A DNA stretch of 64,000 nt from Squalus acanthias. Lineage: Eukaryota. The notes under the pieces were generated by a model, which saw only the letters and a list, made by a program, of their open reading frames with translations, did no database searches and was not told the DNA's origin. Each line of letters opens with the position of its first letter. Positions within the stretch are counted from its first letter, which is position 1. The stretch covers positions 79,300,001 through 79,364,000 of the forward strand of contig CM059432.1 in the NCBI GenBank assembly GCA_030390025.1, in the 5' to 3' direction. Both the position numbers and the translations under genes were made by a program. Of the stretch, positions 38,964 through 51,943 are shown piece by piece.

Positions 38964-40111
38964 CCAGGCCAAGCCCTGCGAATACACAGGATCTGCTCAG
39001 ACGAGGAGGAACGCGATGGACACCTACGGACGCTGAAAAACACCCTCGTAAGAACGGGATATGACGCTCGACTCATCGATCGACAGTTCCGACGGGCCAC
39101 AGCGAAAAATCGCATAGACCTCCTCAGAAGGCAAACACGGGACACAACCAACAGGGTACCCTACGTCGTCCAGTACTTACCCGGAGCGGAGAAACTACGC
39201 CATGTTTTTCGCAGCCTTCAACATGTCATCGATGACGACGAACACCTCGCTAAGGCCATCCCCACGCCTCCACTACTTGCCTTCAAATAGCCGCCTAACC
39301 TCAGAAGTACCATCGTTCGCAGCAAATTACCCAGCTTTCAGGATAACAGCGACCACGACACCACACAACCCTGCCACGGCAACCTCTGCAAGACATGCCA
39401 GATCATCAACACAGATACCATCATCACACGTGAGGACACTACCCACCAGGTACATGGTACATACTCATGTGACTCGGCCAACGTTGTCTACCTGATACAT
39501 TGCAGGAAAGAATGCCCCAGAGCATGGTACATCGGCGAGACCATGCAGACACTGAGACAACGTATGAACGGACACCGCGCAATAATCGCCAGGCAGGAGT
39601 GTTCCCTCCCAGTCGGGGAACACTTCAGCAGTCAAGGACATTCAGCCTCGGATCTGCGGGTAAGCGTTCTCCAAGGCGGCCTTAGAGACACACGACAACG
39701 CAAAATCATCGAGCAGAAACTGATAGCCAAGTTCCGCACTCATGAGGACGGCCTCAACCGGGATCTTGGGTTCATGTCACGATACATGACGTAGAGTCAT
39801 CCAGACTCAAGTCGTCGTTGGCTTGTTCACAGATGTGATTTCCAGTAAAAAAAAGTAAAAATTTTCAAGTTTATCATTTTCCATACAGACTGCAGCCTTT
39901 GACATATTAGACCCCCTGTAACCCCACCTCATTGTCTCAGTTGTATCTTGCTATGTCTTTGATGTGGTGCCTTCCTGGCTGACCTGATTGTTTATCTGCC
40001 GAGGTGTGACAAAAGGCAGTCAGGAGGATTAAATGTAGTCGTCTGCCATTGTACGCTTCACATGCATTGTTCTCTATCTATATATGCTTTGTCAATTTGT
40101 ATTCCTTTACT

Positions 40112-40149
40112 TCACCTGACGAAGGAGCAGCAGCTCCGAAAGCTTGTAA
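40112..40149 (+). ncRNA. Second copy of the hammerhead-like motif (one stem I mismatch)
   Basis: tcac ctgacga aggagcagcagctcc gaa agct t gtaa. Confidence 0.6.
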
Positions 40150-41640
40150 TTTCAAATAAAACTGTTGGACTATAACCTGGTGTTGTGCGACTTCCATCTT
40201 TTAAATCAGCTCAGGCTCCAGCTCGCAAAATTTCTACAGATGGAAAAAGGGTTTGGCAACTTGTTTAAGCATTTGTGGGGCGTCTGTTGGATGCGCCGGG
40301 GAAGTCTGTAGTTTGATCATACTTAGGGTTTTATGGGATCGGAGGAGAAGGGGGGAGGGTGTGGGTGTAAAACAGGGCAAATTAATTATCTTGTTTGTAC
40401 TGTAGTCTGTACCTCTCATTGCGCTGAAGAAGGCATGCAGCATTCGCTAAAGAAGGCATGCAGCATTCAGTGTTGTTTAAAGACAAACCGTTCCCTGCGG
40501 ACGCCACAGCTAAAAGGGAACACTTTTCTTTTTTTTGACATTAAGCCAAGATGGCCCATTTAGTGCTTTCAAGGACTCTCCCCTATCACTTTACCCACAT
40601 ATCTCATTCTAAAGGAATAGAGACTTAGCCAAGCTCTTTATTTTAAATGCTTGTTTAAATATTTCATGAAGCAGGAAGAAAAAGATATAGGACAGGAACG
40701 ATCAAATCCAGCGCTTTGTAGTTTTTGAAACCATTACACTGTAGTCATAATTTCATTGATATGCTGAGGTCACTTTAGTCACTGGCTTAGGAGGGTCTGA
40801 CAACTGATGGCTTTTTACTATTCTATGGTGAGGACAGAGTACTCGTATCTGATAACTTAAAGATTTTGAATTCACACTTCAGATTTTCGAGATCGAAACA
40901 CTGAACATCCACAGGCGATTCCTAATCCAAACCTCAAGCTTACTCTTCTAGTCACTCAAAAGTAATCACCTGCAATATTCTGCATCTTCCCATTTGTTAC
41001 AGATTCAGTATTACAATCTCAGGCAGGACAGTTTCAAATAAGCAAACCACCGAAAAAAAATTATACTTTACCTACAAATCTCAAGGGTTAGCTATCAAGA
41101 CCTAGGCTTCCAATTAATATAAACACTACATTAGCTACATGGAGATAATTCTATCTTTACTTTCTGGCTGTCTTCAATTTGTCACTTGAAGCATCCTCGG
41201 GGAATTGCTGTGTACGGTGATGAAGCACTGTCAGCGGCTGCATGCACAGGCGTGCTTTGGAGAGGGCAGTAACAGGAGCAGCGATCTCCAAAATGGATGA
41301 GCGATTGTCAATTCGGCGTTGCACACCAATTGACGTCATGCTCCTACTAATTACATACTAATTACAATACTTTCAGCGAGCGCAGGCAACAGCAGCGCTG
41401 CCAACCTGCTGAAAATGGCGGCCACTGCGGGACCCGCCGGCAACGAGCAGAAGTGAGGCAACTGCCTTTTTTTCCCCCAAAACAGGACTTAACAGCCAGC
41501 ATTACCTCTTCCAATTTTTAGGCCAGTGTTTCAATTAAATAAATTAAATCAAGATCTCCCCCATATCACACGGGTATAGTAATCTGGGAAGTGTTTTGTG
41601 CCACATCATTTTAAGAATGCATCGTGTCAACCAATTCAAT

Positions 41641-43870
41641 GGCCTAGAAATTCAACTGCAACATGAAAGTTGCCGGTGCCACCGCGGCCATGGTTTGACG
41701 GCCGCCGAAATTGGTGGCACCGGTAGGAGTGAAAAATTGGCGCTGGGGACTGAAAATTATTAACCCAGCGCTAAACTGACCATGTAACGCCGTCCTGGTG
41801 GTGTCAGTCCAGCATCAGTCCTGAATGTGGCGTCCAGAAGCAGTGTTGCATCTTCCAACAGCCTCTGAAAGCAATGCTATGATTTTGCTCGGCATTGTGG
41901 GATATTAAAAGAGCATTGCCGTGTCGTTTGCTTAAAAGGACAAAGCCTTCTGAAATGATAAAAAATAAAAATGAAGTAAAAAATTGCAGTTTTCGGCCCT
42001 TACAGTTCTACTGCCTTTTTTAAAATTAACATTTGAAAAAAAATTCCCAAATGGGATTCTTCAGCTCTTAAAGCTGAATTCCCTTCCACACCTCAAAAAA
42101 TGGGAATAGTGCTCCAGCACTAACACAAATGGCTTAGCAAGCCAGGGAAAGGGCACCCAGGGTCTCACATGCAGCACTCCAGCTTTGTGCAGAGAGTCAA
42201 CACTGCAAGACAGGTCCTCTACCCACAGGGGCCAGGAGGCCCTCCAGAAAGGACGATGTGGGACCAGATCACCAAGGCCGTCACTGCCAGCAGTGTCGCC
42301 CCTACCACCTGGCTCCAGTGCCCAAAGAAGCTTCAGGACCTCGGACCACTGGTCAAGTGATTGCATCTTCAAAAGCCATCTCCTACCAACTGCATTACTA
42401 GCCTCACACACTTCTCAATGCACGACTCCCACCCCCCCACCGCAAATCACCTACCAACAATCTGTACCAATCACGAGGCACACCTCCCATTCCTAGCTTC
42501 ACCTCACCCCCTTAGAGGGGATGGTGCTGGCCATTCTTGGTAGGGGCATGGCTGAGCCCTTGGCCAGCGGCAGGGCTGAAAAGATACAAGATGCTGGTAT
42601 CCTCATACATTATACTCCTTCTCGCATGCACCTCTTTCTTCCCTGCCCTCCCCTCATCACAACTCCAACCTTGTGCCTTCTTTATACAGCCTGCCCAGCC
42701 AGTGGTTGACCAAGAAGAGGAAGAGGAGAGTGAAGAAGAACAAGAAGAAGAAGAAGAAACACCGTCACTCAATTTCACACTCCCAGCCACCAGCTCCTCA
42801 AGGTTGACCGGCAAGGCTATTTGCAGTGTCCCCCACTGAAAGTCATCAGCCTTTCACCAGCCATGCTGCAGCCACTGTGGTAGCACTGCATGACATCAGT
42901 AGGATAGGCAAAGGCACACACAAGACAGTCACTAAGGGAATGCATAAGGGTGATGAGTTGATTTCTTGATGTCATATGTATACAGTTGGATTGGAAAGTT
43001 TGCTTTGTGTTGGCTTTTATTTCAGCATTGTGGCCAAGAGGACGCTGTGATGGTCAGTAACAGAGGGAAGGTAAGTTGTGAGACAAATTTTGAAAGGGGA
43101 ATTGGGGATGTGGTCACTGGTACCGCAGGCAGATCATTCCATCCTGGTTATCCCAGCCAGAAAGAGGCTGTCTGGGTTGCATCCTTCCTTCTGCTTCCTC
43201 CTCTTTGGCTTCTTCCTCTTCTGCGTCTTCCTCTTCTGCATCTTCCTCTTCTCTCTGCAAGCAGATTCTGTAAATCTGAAATAAAAGCAGAAAATGCTGG
43301 AAATATTCAGCAGGTCAGGCAGGATCTCGACCTGAGATGTGAACTCTGTTTCTCTCTCCACGGATGTTGCCTGATGTGATGAGTATTTGTAGCATTTTCT
43401 GTCTTCTCAGAGGTCTTCCTTTACCATCCAAGGCCTTGAAAGTGTCCAGCAGCGCTCCCTGCACACTTAAAAAACCTTTAACATGTATTGCAGTAAGTCA
43501 CTACTTCAATAAAAATTTTAAAAATCCAGCCCAAAAGCTTATATGCAAACTTACCTGAAAGATGTGTGTGTCCCTTTAAGAGGAGCTGACAGCGCCTTTG
43601 TGAGTCTGCTGAATGCTGGGTTTTCATGGCATGCTTTGGACCCAGTGCTGAACTCAGCACTAAGGTCCAAGTTCGCCGAGGTGACATTAAGTCGGTATTG
43701 CACGCTGACTGACGTCACCCTCTCCCTAATTTAAATTTCCACGGCCATCGATTTTACCAGCAGCGCTGCCGGCCCTCGGAAAATGGCAGGAGCCACGGGA
43801 CCTGCCACTAGCTGGCGAAAGAGCGGCAGCTGCCGGGTTTTCACAAAATTTTGCTGGTAACTTTTAGCCC
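41641..43870. mobile_element. Non-autonomous Harbinger element with Myb remnants
   Basis: ggcctagaaatt / aacttttagccc ends and AAT/AAT TSD; VLYPQGPG...WDQITKAV...WLQCPKKLQDL at 42169-42360. Confidence 0.78.
43258..43402. mobile_element. Short inverted PLE terminal fragment (degenerate)
   Basis: Both orientations of the terminus seen at 54638-54771, back to back. Confidence 0.6.
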
Positions 43871-44172
43871 AATAACTTTCCCTTCTCATGTTGCCATTCT
43901 GTCTCTTCCTTAAATTGCTCTTGCAGTGGTGGCTAAGTAGATAATTTTACATGTACCTATTGCCAGTGAATTTTTTTCAGAAATCCATGATTAAAAATTG
44001 AGAAAAATTAGAAATGGTAAACTATTATGTCCTCCTAAAAATCCAAATACCAATATTTAGATACAAAGCCTAAATATAGTCAATATCAGTATTAACAGTT
44101 ACCATTTGGTAAAGGTTTTCAAATACAGCAATTTTCTTTGCTTAGCTTCCTGTTTCTTTTTTGAGAATTTAA

Positions 44173-44586
44173 ATCATAGAATCATAGAAATTTACGGCAC
44201 AGAAGGAGGCCATTTGACCCATCATGTCTGTGCTGGCCAGAAAAGAGCTATCCAGCCTAATCCCACTTTCCAGCTCTTGGTCCGTAGCCTTGTAGGTTAC
44301 GGCACTTCAAATGCATATCCAAGTACTTTTTAAATGTGATGAGGGTCTCTGCCTCTACCACCCTTTCAGGCAGTGAGTTTCAGACCCCCACCACCCTCTG
44401 GGTGAAAAATATTTTCCTCAATTCCCCTCTAATCCTTCTACCAACTACTTTAAATCTATGCCCCCTGGTTATTGACCTCTCAGCTCGGGGAAATAGATTC
44501 TTGCTATCTACTCTATCTAGGCCCCTCATAATTTTATACAACTCAATCAAGTCTCCCCTCAGCCTCCTCTGTTCCAAAGAAAACAA
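44173..44586 (-). mobile_element. CR1 3' fragment
   Basis: ORF 44380-44628; (attctatg)n tail. Confidence 0.85.
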
Positions 44587-46064
44587 TTGTAAAAAAATAA
44601 ATTTGGCAATAAAGTGTTGAACTCTCATGTTAGGGACCTATGGGGCAATTTTAAGCCTACCTGTCCGGTGGAAACCAGAGAGTGGGCAATTAAAATCACA
44701 CAAATTACTTACCCGCCCTGGAGCTGTTGGGAGCGGACAGGTTCCAATTTCCACCTACTTTCCTGAGCAGGTGGCAAAGACACCCACCCAAAGCTACTAG
44801 GTTCCTTTTCACATGTGTTACTCGGGTCCCGATTATGCCATCAGGACCAGACTGCAATTTTTACTAGGTGGCCAGAGTGGGAAGCAGCAGTGAGCATCCT
44901 GCTGGACAACCCAGCAACATAGAGAATTGCAGCCCAAAGAGGCCGAGAAATTAAGTTTTAAAAGATGTTTTACTTTCCTTGTGGGGCCAGGAGGAGCAGG
45001 AGTGTATTTGATAAGCTTCCACACAAGAGATTATTAGCAAAAATGAAAGCGCACAGAATTGGAGGTAACCTTATGGCATGGGTTTGGTGAATGAAATTGG
45101 TTGGGAGGTAGGAGACGAACAGTAATGATAACAGGTACATAAGTTCCATAGACATTCCCTTATCCACCATGTTAGTCAACTCATCAAAAAAATCAACTAG
45201 ATTAGTCAGACATGACAGACCCATCACAAATCCACGTTGATCTCACTAATCAGCTCATATTATCCAAGCATGTTGGCCCTTCTCAAAGTCTTAGCATGGT
45301 AAGAGAAAGGAAAGGGTCAAGCACACGGATTATTCCTGTTTTCAGTCCAGATCAAGTTCAAGTCTTTTCTCCATGGCTGTAGTGTTAGATGTTGGTTGTC
45401 ACATTGAATACTTCCCAGGGTTTCAGAGCTCTGAGACCTAGAATCTTGGTATGTGGAAAATAATCCTGGTTGCCCACTACTGGGATAAAACACTGAGGAA
45501 GAGTCAGAAAGTCATGTTGAAAGAGTAGGGCAAGAAAAACATATCATTATCATAGGTTTATCATGCTATATAGAGAATATAATGTAAAGAAGACTTGTAC
45601 CTGTGTTAAATAATGTAACCTTTTTTTTTAAATCAGAAAAATTGTCTAAGATGTGAACAGTTTGGAGACTTGTCAGATTTTTGCACCCAGATTTAACTAT
45701 AAATTCAGTGTAACAGTATAAAATAATATTTATGTCATAGCTAAATTTAAAACTCAAGAGTTGTTTGAAAAAAGAGATATGGGGTGGTTTTCAGTTTGAA
45801 TGTATATTGGGTGGGTAAGGGGCGCTAAGCACCTGCCAAAAGGAGTCATCATGGGGCCCATGTCGTAATTTCTGTGGCTGGGCCTCATTTACATTAATTC
45901 AGTGAGCTGCCATCGCAAAACATGCTCCCTATTGGCAGTTTGCCAATCTAGAGTGTAGGAAATCAAACCGGGCAACTGACGTTGAAGGGCCTGCAGCAGC
46001 ACCTTAAATGGGAGGAGTTGAAGTGTCTGGAGTGAGAGGGAGTACAGTTTTGAGCAAACACATT

Positions 46065-47039
46065 GTGGGGAATTTTAACCTAAAAAAAACTGGTGGGTTA
46101 GGAGCGGTGGGGTAGTTAAAGTGTTAAAAATCGGAATTCCCGACCTCAACCCGCCGACTTCCAGTTTTAACGAAGGCGGGACAGGGGCGGGCAGCCAACC
46201 CGCTACCGGGAGGCGGGACGTCAATTTAAATATTACAATGAAGCTGGTAGCCTCTTTAACCTACCTTTTGTGTTTAACTAGCTGGTCAGGTTTTACACAC
46301 CTCGTAAAGCCCGGCAGTTACAGCAAGGCGAGGACTGCTGCATCCAGGAGGTAAGTGCCTTTACACCTACCTCCTGGATCCAGGGTCCCTGCTTAACCCA
46401 CCCTCCACGATCGGAGAGCCCCCCCATGAGGCCTCCGATCGCCTTCCCGGACTCCCCACACCAGGCCACCAATTCGACCGCCTCTGTTGCCTCCACGAGG
46501 CCCCCCCCACATCCCGTGCTCCTCCCAGCCCACGATCGTCGGGTGAGTCCCCCCACCGTTCTCCTCCCGACCCACGATCGTCGGCTGAGTCCCCCCCCCA
46601 GTGTTCCTCCCAGCCCACGATCATGCTAAGTCCGACCCCGCACGACCCCCCATCCCCCCCCCTCACCCCCCCATCCCCCCCCCCCCCCCCCCCCCCCCCC
46701 GGCTGCTCTGGCCAACGATCCTGGTGAGTCCGATCCCCCCCCGCCTCACCCCCCGCTTGCTGCTTCACCCCGCGATCCTGGTCAGTCCGACCCCCACCCC
46801 CACTGCTCCGGCCGACCCCGGCCCCCACGGGATCCCTCCCTCCCTCCCTCCTCTGTGCGGCCTGATGCCGCAGGCCTACCCGCCCACAATCTGACTGGCT
46901 GCAGTTGGGAAACAGAGGTCTCGCATGCAAATCAGGCCCTGCCGTTAAAGTTGGCAGGGCCTGCAGGAAACCCGTAATCCCAGGTTTCCCGCCCGCCTCG
47001 GAGCCCCCCCAACCCGCCTTCCCCATTAAAATTCAGCCC
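46065..47039. mobile_element. Harbinger-like non-autonomous element with C-rich tandem repeats
   Basis: TIR g.g..gaattttaa / ttaaaattcagccc and ATT/ATT TSD; cccacgatc repeats and a poly-C run at about 46675-46700. Confidence 0.72.
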
Positions 47040-47494
47040 ATTAAATGTGGAACCTTTTAAGCCTCAAAACCCACTAGCAGCTGATATAAAAGAGTGTGTC
47101 CTACCGGCAGCCCTAACTCCCTTTAGTGAATGCTCAAAATGGCCGGATCCCAACTTCTACCGCCATGTTTGGTGGGCAGGGGCGGGTATAGGGATTGACA
47201 GTAATCCAGCAGGCGTTGGGGATCATAACTACGTCATCTGACCTCAATTAACATATATTCATGAGGCTGCCATGTGGTGTACCGGCCACCTGGATTGAGG
47301 TCGACTTAATAACTGGAATGGGCAGGACCAAGTGGTAAGTTGGCACTTCAACCAAGTGTGCTATTTTGGTCCTGCTACCGCCCCATTTTGAAATGTAAAT
47401 GGGTGATATAGACACAAAGAACACCCAATTATATTTAATACATTTTTCCTTGTTTAAAAATTTGATGACTTGTTTTTTTGTTTCTGTAACTTAG

Positions 47495-47674
47495 GACATT
47501 AGCTCAGTTCCAGCTAACCTAGCTGATGGCTTTGGTCTGTTGATTTACTGCAGTGAATCTTCCAACTACCATTCTCCTGTGCATCTAATACAGCATATAC
47601 TGAGTGAAGCTATGAATCCAGGCAAACCTCTTTATCCAGCACTACAGCAGTTTACAACACAAGACTATGAAGAG
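47495..47674 (+). CDS. MCMDC2: MCMDC2 coding exon (DISSVPANLADGFGLLIYC...QQFTTQDYEE)
   Basis: ttag acceptor and GAG|gtaaaa donor; 180 nt open, phase 0/0; translated by hand. Confidence 0.93.
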
Positions 47675-47996
47675 GTAAAAATAAGAAGTTGGTCTAGTTG
47701 CTGACATATAAATCAAAAGGAAAGCCTTGCTACACCAGCAGGTGTATTTGTAATTAAAATAGTGTATACGAAACGAGTATCAAAATTTTGTTTCTTCATT
47801 TTACATCCTCTACAGTCATATTGTACAAATGCTGAAATGATCAGAAAGATGACATTAAAGTACAATTGCAAGTGGAACATACCATTTATAGAGTACCTGG
47901 TTGAGTAATGTTTATATTCCTTCTTGTCAGGACAATAATTTTCTTTTATGACAGTGTTTTGTGAGCAAAGTAGCATAGTTTTAATCAATTCTTAAA

Positions 47997-48503
47997 GGGG
48001 ACGCCTTTAGACCGTCGCCTGAAACTAGCACAAAGTCAGTTGATCAGCTGCGCCACCCGCCCAAACCTGGTGCTGGGAGGCCTGAACCAGTTTCAGGTAC
48101 AGGCCTCATTTGAATGCAGCTGGCGAGCTATCAGTGCCAAACAGATACTCCACTGCAGCTCACCAGTTGTAGGAGGGCGGGAAATCAGTCGGCTCCCACG
48201 CTGAGCCAGGCAGCAGGTCAGGCTTGGTGGGGGGTGGGGGAGGAGGGAGAGGAACGGGGAGCTGATCGCGGGGTGAGGGGGGTGGTGGGGTGTGAGGTCA
48301 AGTATAGGTCAATAGCAGTCTAGTATTTTTGTGGGGCCTGGAGGAACAAATAATTTTTAAGCCTCTTCTTAAACGGCCATCAGCGGTCCCTTTAAGGACC
48401 ATTGGTTAGACTGCTCAATTCCTAGTTCAAATCCGACAGGCCTGGGATGTCAGTGAGGTGGCCAAAGTGCCCCTCCAACTTTCAACTGTTGAAAATCGCC
48501 CCC
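47997..48503. mobile_element. Harbinger-like MITE
   Basis: Imperfect TIRs ggggacgccttt / aaaatcgccccc; GC-rich block in an AT-rich intron. Confidence 0.55.
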
Positions 48504-49577
48504 ATAATCATTGTCAACTTATGTCTTTACTTCCAAGTGTAGGAGGATTGATTTAGTATACCATGACTGGTCATATATGTTGGTTTTATGCAGAAGAATG
48601 TAGGAACAAGAAAACAGTTTGAATTTCAAAAAACCATGGGCAGTGCCATAACATAATCATTCATTGACTAGGAAGGCTGATGAGGACCATTGGTTCTTTT
48701 GAGGGTCCAGTGCAAAACACTTTGGTTGATCATTTGTATGCCCTTTGTCTCATGTCTCGTGTAAAGAAGTTAATGGCTATGTGGCGGCAGTTTGATACTG
48801 CACTAATGTTGCAAGAATTAATCTGCTGAAGATACAAAAGGTTGTAAAATTTGAGCAACTATTGTTAACTAAAAGATAACTGTTGATAATTAAAGATAAG
48901 ATCAGATGCACTCGGTCAACTTTGAATTTGTCTGAACAATTTGGATAGATTAATGGGGCTGAGTATTAAGATCTTTGTAAATGTAAACTGTATAACAAAT
49001 GCCAAATGGGGAAAAACATTTTAACAACCTGGAAATCCAAATAACAATGTAAAGGTTGGTTTCACTTGGGCTTAATTTTTAAGCAGATTTGTTCATGACA
49101 GGATCATATCAGATCCACACAATGTCCTCCTCAAATGACATGGTGATGATCAGTTTATGAATGCTTTGTCCTCTGTAAAGTAGATTTTCAATGACTAATT
49201 CCTATTGGAGTGGCAATACCTTTGTGCTTATTCCTGTAAACATGCTCATGGTTTCTAAATATAAGTTAGTTTTGTCAGCCATAGTCTTAATCTTTCATTT
49301 GGCTTTTCTGAAGGTGAAGAATTTAATCATTTTACTTGAAGGCCTAAAGTCAAATGTTATTCACCTCCAGGAAAGGGTGGCAAAACTGAAATTGATTTGT
49401 ACATCATAAGCTCTTTAGTTAATACGCATTTATTAAATTAGTAGTTTTACTTAATAACTTAAGAGTTAATTTACTAAATGCATATTTAGGAATCAAGTCA
49501 AATACATTCTTCTCTGGAGTATTTCTGATCAGTCTGTGAATGTATGTGTCTCCTGACTTAAAATATATTTTGATCAG

Positions 49578-49720
49578 CTGCTAGCATTTGCCAGAAACCA
49601 GCAGGCTGAACTTACTTCTGAAGCTGAGAGGCTTATACAGGGGTATTACACTGCGAGTCGGAGAGTTCGAACTGATCCTGTCCATGGATCTAAAATTTCC
49701 CCAACTGCACTGAAGACTCT
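49578..49720 (+). CDS. MCMDC2: MCMDC2 coding exon (LLAFARNQQAELTSEAERLIQGYYTASRRVRT...ALKTL)
   Basis: atcag acceptor and CT|gtaagt donor; 143 nt, phase 0/2; MCM lid-like EAExLIxxYY motif. Confidence 0.94.
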
Positions 49721-50321
49721 GTAAGTAATTTTTATTAAAAATCATCAGCTAGTAATATTTAGTAAAATAATCTGTACTGCCTTATTTATGCAGGGAGAAC
49801 AATGTAGAATTAATTGACAGTTAAAGCAGGTTTATAGCATACCTCAGCTAAGATGGACACATATACATTTTATTTTGGTTTAAAAGACCTCTGACTTTTA
49901 AAAACACAATTGAAAATGTACTGTAGTCAGTCCTATATTCCCAATCTACCTACTATTATATGAGATAGCCAACAGCCCATTCCGTGAGAGAGACTGCTAA
50001 CCTTTCACCTCTGACAGTCAACCAATCACCATTTTGCTATCGAATCACCATTGTCCTTAGGACTTCAGGTCAAACTACTGCAAGAGATACTAGTGGTGAA
50101 AAGCAATATTGCAGATTCCAGCCTCCTTGGGGCTTCAAAACATGCTAAACACTGTGAAGGTGTGAAAGTGCTAATGTCATAAAACGTGTATATATTCTAA
50201 AATAGCAATGTTTCATGCTGCCAGTGAGGCCACAAAGATAGTGGGAAATTTGCAGCACTTCTGAGTTCGGGATCATAGAATAAAATGTGTTGGAGCAGAG
50301 TAAAGGTTTGTTACCTCTATA

Positions 50322-50863
50322 CTTGACTATTCCGATACACTCCTGGCGGGCCTCCCATGTTCTACCCTCCATAAACTTGAGGTCATACAAACCTCTGCTG
50401 CCCATGTCCTAAATTGCACCAAGTCCCGTTCACCCATCACCCCTGTGCTTACTGACCTACATTAGCTCCCGGCTAAGCAACGCCTCGATTTTAAAATTCT
50501 CATCCTTGTTTTCAAATCCATCCATGGCCTTGTCTCTCTGTAATCTCTTCCAGCCCCACAACGCTCTGAGATATCTGCGCTCCTCTAATTCTGGCCTCTT
50601 GAGCATCCCTGATTTTAATCACTCCACCATTGGTGGCCATGCGTTCAGTTGCCAAGGCCCCTCCCTAAACCTCTCCACCTCTCTATCCTTCTTTAAGATG
50701 CTCCTTAAAAACTACCTCTTTGACCAAGCTTTTGGTCATCTGCCCTAATATCTCCTTATGTGACTCGGTGTCAAATTTCGTTTTATAACGCTCCTGAGAA
50801 GCGCCTTGGGACATTTTACTATGTTAAAGGTGCTATATTGATACAAGTTGTTGTTGTTGTTGT
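50322..50863 (+). mobile_element. L2 LINE 3' fragment
   Basis: LDYSDTLLAGLP...SPITPVLTDLH*LP (L2 C-terminal motif); (gtt)n tail. Confidence 0.85.
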
Positions 50864-51391
50864 AGATTTACTCAGCATCCATCTGGTACTGGACCTGATC
50901 TGGAAATGCTTGATGCTAACAAGATGTAGTCTATTTCCCACATTCCATACTTTGATGAGCACAAAAAGTTTCACTCACCCAAAAATCCAAAACAAAATCT
51001 TTGTATGCACACTTGACAACCACAGGCAGCAAATGGGACAAAACCTGATTTTAAAAATCCACATAAAACTTAAATTGTATTTGTTATGTATAATAACTGG
51101 TGTAAAGCAATAACTTCAAAGTTGTAATTTAATATTAAATTACATATTTAATGTTTCCTCTTGCAGTTTATCACTTTCATAAATCGTTTGATTGGATAAC
51201 TGTATTCACTGCTAGTTGTCCATTGTCCATTTTTAAACGAACAAATTATGTATTATATATGAAGTTTGCAAGTTTGTTATCGCTATAGAATTGTGTGTCA
51301 GTGTGTAGAGTTTTGCAGCTTATCCGTTTTCATTGGAGCAACAGTTAAATAATTTATGTTTTAAACTTCTGAATCTTTTCCTAATTAACAG

Positions 51392-51501
51392 AATGTCATT
51401 GTCTGAAACACATGCTAAACTCAGCCTGAGAAACAAAGTCCTGGAACAGGATGCTGTCATTGCAATTTTGCTATATGAGATTTCCATCACTGCAAGGCAT
51501 G
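51392..51501 (+). CDS. MCMDC2: MCMDC2 coding exon (MSLSETHAKLSLRNKVLEQDAVIAILLYEISITARHG)
   Basis: ORF 51333-51515. acag acceptor and G|gtaata donor; LSExHAKLxLR MCM lid motif. Confidence 0.94.
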
Positions 51502-51664
51502 GTAATAATGGCTGAATGCCTTTAGACAAGAATATCAATTCTTGGTTGTAAATGGAAAGAAGAATGTGTTTTAAAGTTTTAAAAAGGTCCTATGTGTACT
51601 GCAAACTTATAACAGGATGTATTTCATAATCATAAATTGAATTAATTTATATTAATTTCTGTAG

Positions 51665-51831
51665 GTGCCTCAGTGCTATGTGTGGCTCCCAATGCAGTGT
51701 TTCCATTCGATCTGTGTGATGAGCGCAGCCTAAATCAAAGGGATATATATTTGGTACAGTTCCATCAACAGCTGTTACAGTTCTGCTCTACATACGCCCC
51801 TGGGATGTCTGTGCACTTTGCTGAAGAATAA
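51665..51831 (+). CDS. MCMDC2: MCMDC2 last coding exon (ASVLCVAPNAVFPFDL...YAPGMSVHFAEE*)
   Basis: gtag acceptor; open to TAA at 51829-51831; CVAPNAVFPF motif. Confidence 0.93.
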
Positions 51832-51937
51832 CTTGAAGCAAAGATTTATCTGCATTATATTGAGAATTTGCCAATTAACATCGTGTCATTTTATTATTAT
51901 TACTTTTTAGTAACTATTTTTATGAATATTAAAATGT

Positions 51938-51943
51938 AATAAA
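51938..51943 (+). promoter_or_regulatory. Candidate polyadenylation signal for MCMDC2
   Basis: First AATAAA, about 107 nt after the stop codon, in AT-rich sequence; actual usage unknown. Confidence 0.45.

Larger units (their letters stand above)
36823..40194 (-). mobile_element. Penelope-like retroelement, 5'-truncated, with an inverted 3' duplicate
   Basis: RT plus GIY-YIG ORF; about 1.2-kb inverted arms; TSD catcttttaaat(ca) at 36811 and 40195. Confidence 0.93.
36401..41524. mobile_element. Old Harbinger-derived element hosting the Penelope insertion
   Basis: TIR-like gcctagaaatt / aatttttaggcc; GC-rich subtermini. Confidence 0.5.

Noticed and set aside
36823..40194. CRISPR, retron or other prokaryotic RT system
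   Set aside because: Eukaryotic intron context; RT plus GIY-YIG is the Penelope architecture; no repeat-spacer array in the window.
42966..43379. Hydrophobic or basic ORFs
   Set aside because: Translations of a (tcttcc)n low-complexity tract plus a PLE terminus.
46367..47026. 219-aa Gly-rich ORF (also 35315-35908)
   Set aside because: Artefact of C-rich repeats that lack stop codons.
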